Shown here piece after piece: positions 62,300 through 64,000 of a DNA stretch of 64,000 nt. Below the pieces are notes generated by a model. The model saw only the letters and a list, made by a program, of their open reading frames with translations. It was not told the origin of the DNA and searched no databases. Origin of the DNA: Ginglymostoma cirratum (lineage: Eukaryota); contig JAHRHZ010000217.1 of NCBI GenBank assembly GCA_024137785.1, positions 10,345,601 through 10,409,600 of the forward strand. The letters are read 5' to 3'. Numbering within the stretch: the stretch's first letter is position 1; every line of letters begins with the position of its first letter. The position numbers were made by a program, and so were the translations under genes.

Positions 62300-62430
62300 T
62301 AAAACAAAGAACTGCGGATGCTAAAGATCTGAAACAAAAACAGAATTTGCAGGAGAAGCTCAACAGGTCTGGCACCACCTGTGGAGAGAAAGCAAAGTTA
62401 ACACTTTGAGTCCAGTGACCCTCCTTCACA
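62300..62430 (-). mobile_element. Penelope-like terminal fragment (family A) with decayed hammerhead
   Basis: aaaacaaagaactgcggatgct...gttaacactttgagtccagtgaccctccttca matches 5681-5812. Confidence 0.8.
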
Positions 62431-64000
62431 ATTGGGATGTATTGTGTATTCCTTAATAAGAAAAGCTCTATTTACACAGCAGTGATCTTTAATGTATGAC
62501 CGTTCCAATATCAATGCATTTTTTACCATAGTTGTGACTGTGTACAACGAATGAAGGTGTGTGGCCCATGTTCCTCCAGAGAGAAAAGTAAAAATAAATC
62601 TCACCTTTAGCTTTAGAATTGAAGTGGTTTCGTATTAGCATAACTTAGCCAGCGGGTTAGTGAAAACCCCAGCACTTCTGATTCCAATTATTCATCCAGT
62701 AGTCCGCTGAAGTTGGCCAGGCTGTTTATTGTCTTGTACTCAAAATGTCATTGTGCAGTTTTGCACATGACATCATCCTGCGACTGCACGCAAACATACA
62801 CCAGCCTCAAAATTACTGTTCTCTGCTACAAATTATCATTGCTGGTATGCTGTGGCTAGATGTGCTATAATTCAGAGCAGAAGGATACAATTCACATTAG
62901 TGGAGAATGCAAATTGAATCCTTGCTGTCTATGTCAATAAAAAGTCAATTCACAAGTCTTAATTTACAAGTGGTACAGATCTCAAAAATATATAATCACG
63001 ACATTTTACAGAGGCAGCTGAATCAGATCTGGTATAACAGACATTAACAAACTGAAATTTAATTGGCCTCAATCATCATGTTTATTTACCTATTAGAAAG
63101 TTTGGAATTCAGATATTTTTGATGGTCCACTCATTAAATGCTTTTCCGAGCTGAGCCATACAGAAAGCAATATATTGTTATGACCAGTCCCTGAGTGAGA
63201 CTCCCCAGTTTCAGACAGGATACCACAAATTATTATGCTCTTAGGTAAGGAGGGGTGAACTGGCCCAGTCAGGCCGCAACAAAGTTAATTAAAAAGGACC
63301 ATGTTTGTTTGGATACCTTTCTCTCAGCCCAAGGTAATTTTATGATTAAAAAGGAGTCAATTTAACCAGGCTCTCCTGAGATAAAGAAAGGACAGAATCT
63401 TCTCAGGCTCAAAGTGACATAGGATATGGCAAGATGCATTGGCAGAATCAGGTGAGATATTTGGAGGTGTGGAGATCATCTCACCACATCTTGTACACCT
63501 CTATCATGCTACACGGTGAGAACCTGGCTAAGCTGCAGCGAGTTCCCAACTGATGCTCGTTATTGCTTGTTAAACACCTTATTACTGCTCAACTCATAGT
63601 GACCTTCCCAAAATTCACCATACAAACAAGGCATTGGGAAAACTCGACATGGAACCTCAGAGCAGGGTTTTGGCAGGATCACCTTGCCACAAAAGAGCTC
63701 CATGTTAGGTACTGGGCACTGGCCACGTGCACCTCACATCTTACGAACCTTGGTGGCACATTTCTGATCCACTTACAGAATGTTTCTGCACTTCAGTGAT
63801 GCACCTCAGGCTGCACTGGCAACTAACATTGCAAAGCTGCAGCAAGGACACTTGTGTTCAGGGACACACACAGCCAGCTCCTGGACTGAACCAGGTTTCA
63901 TCTCCAGGGTGTCCACTTGCTGTCATAGCCCACCTCAGCTTCCAATTGCATTATGTAGGGTGATGCCAGTAGCATTGATGTTGGTAGATGATTTGAGATT

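Overview
This is AT-rich vertebrate genomic DNA, most likely from a shark or another elasmobranch, judged from HE1-type V-SINEs, HER1-like CR1 LINEs and Penelope-like termini. I found no intact host protein-coding gene; every recognisable ORF is a transposon relic. The window reads as a gene desert or large intron. It contains many CR1 and L2-clade LINE fragments, three or more SINE families, a 2.1-kb hAT (Buster/Charlie-type) transposon with an 8-bp TSD, a decayed Gypsy pol region and solo-LTR-like elements. Between them lie repeat-free, CpG-retaining, motif-dense blocks resembling developmental enhancers (about 1.9-2.3, 29.9-31.8, 38.5-39.3, 50.7-51.2 and 58.7-63.2 kb). The most notable signal is a dispersed set of about nine short non-coding Penelope-like terminal elements. 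They carry minimal type-I hammerhead ribozyme cores (CUGANGA-stem II-GAAA-CG-UH). Three have clear TSDs, two form near-perfect ~80-bp hairpins, and their truncation or inversion points cluster at the ribozyme. Family names come from my recollection of consensus motifs, not from database searches. Boundaries of decayed repeats are approximate (tens of bp).
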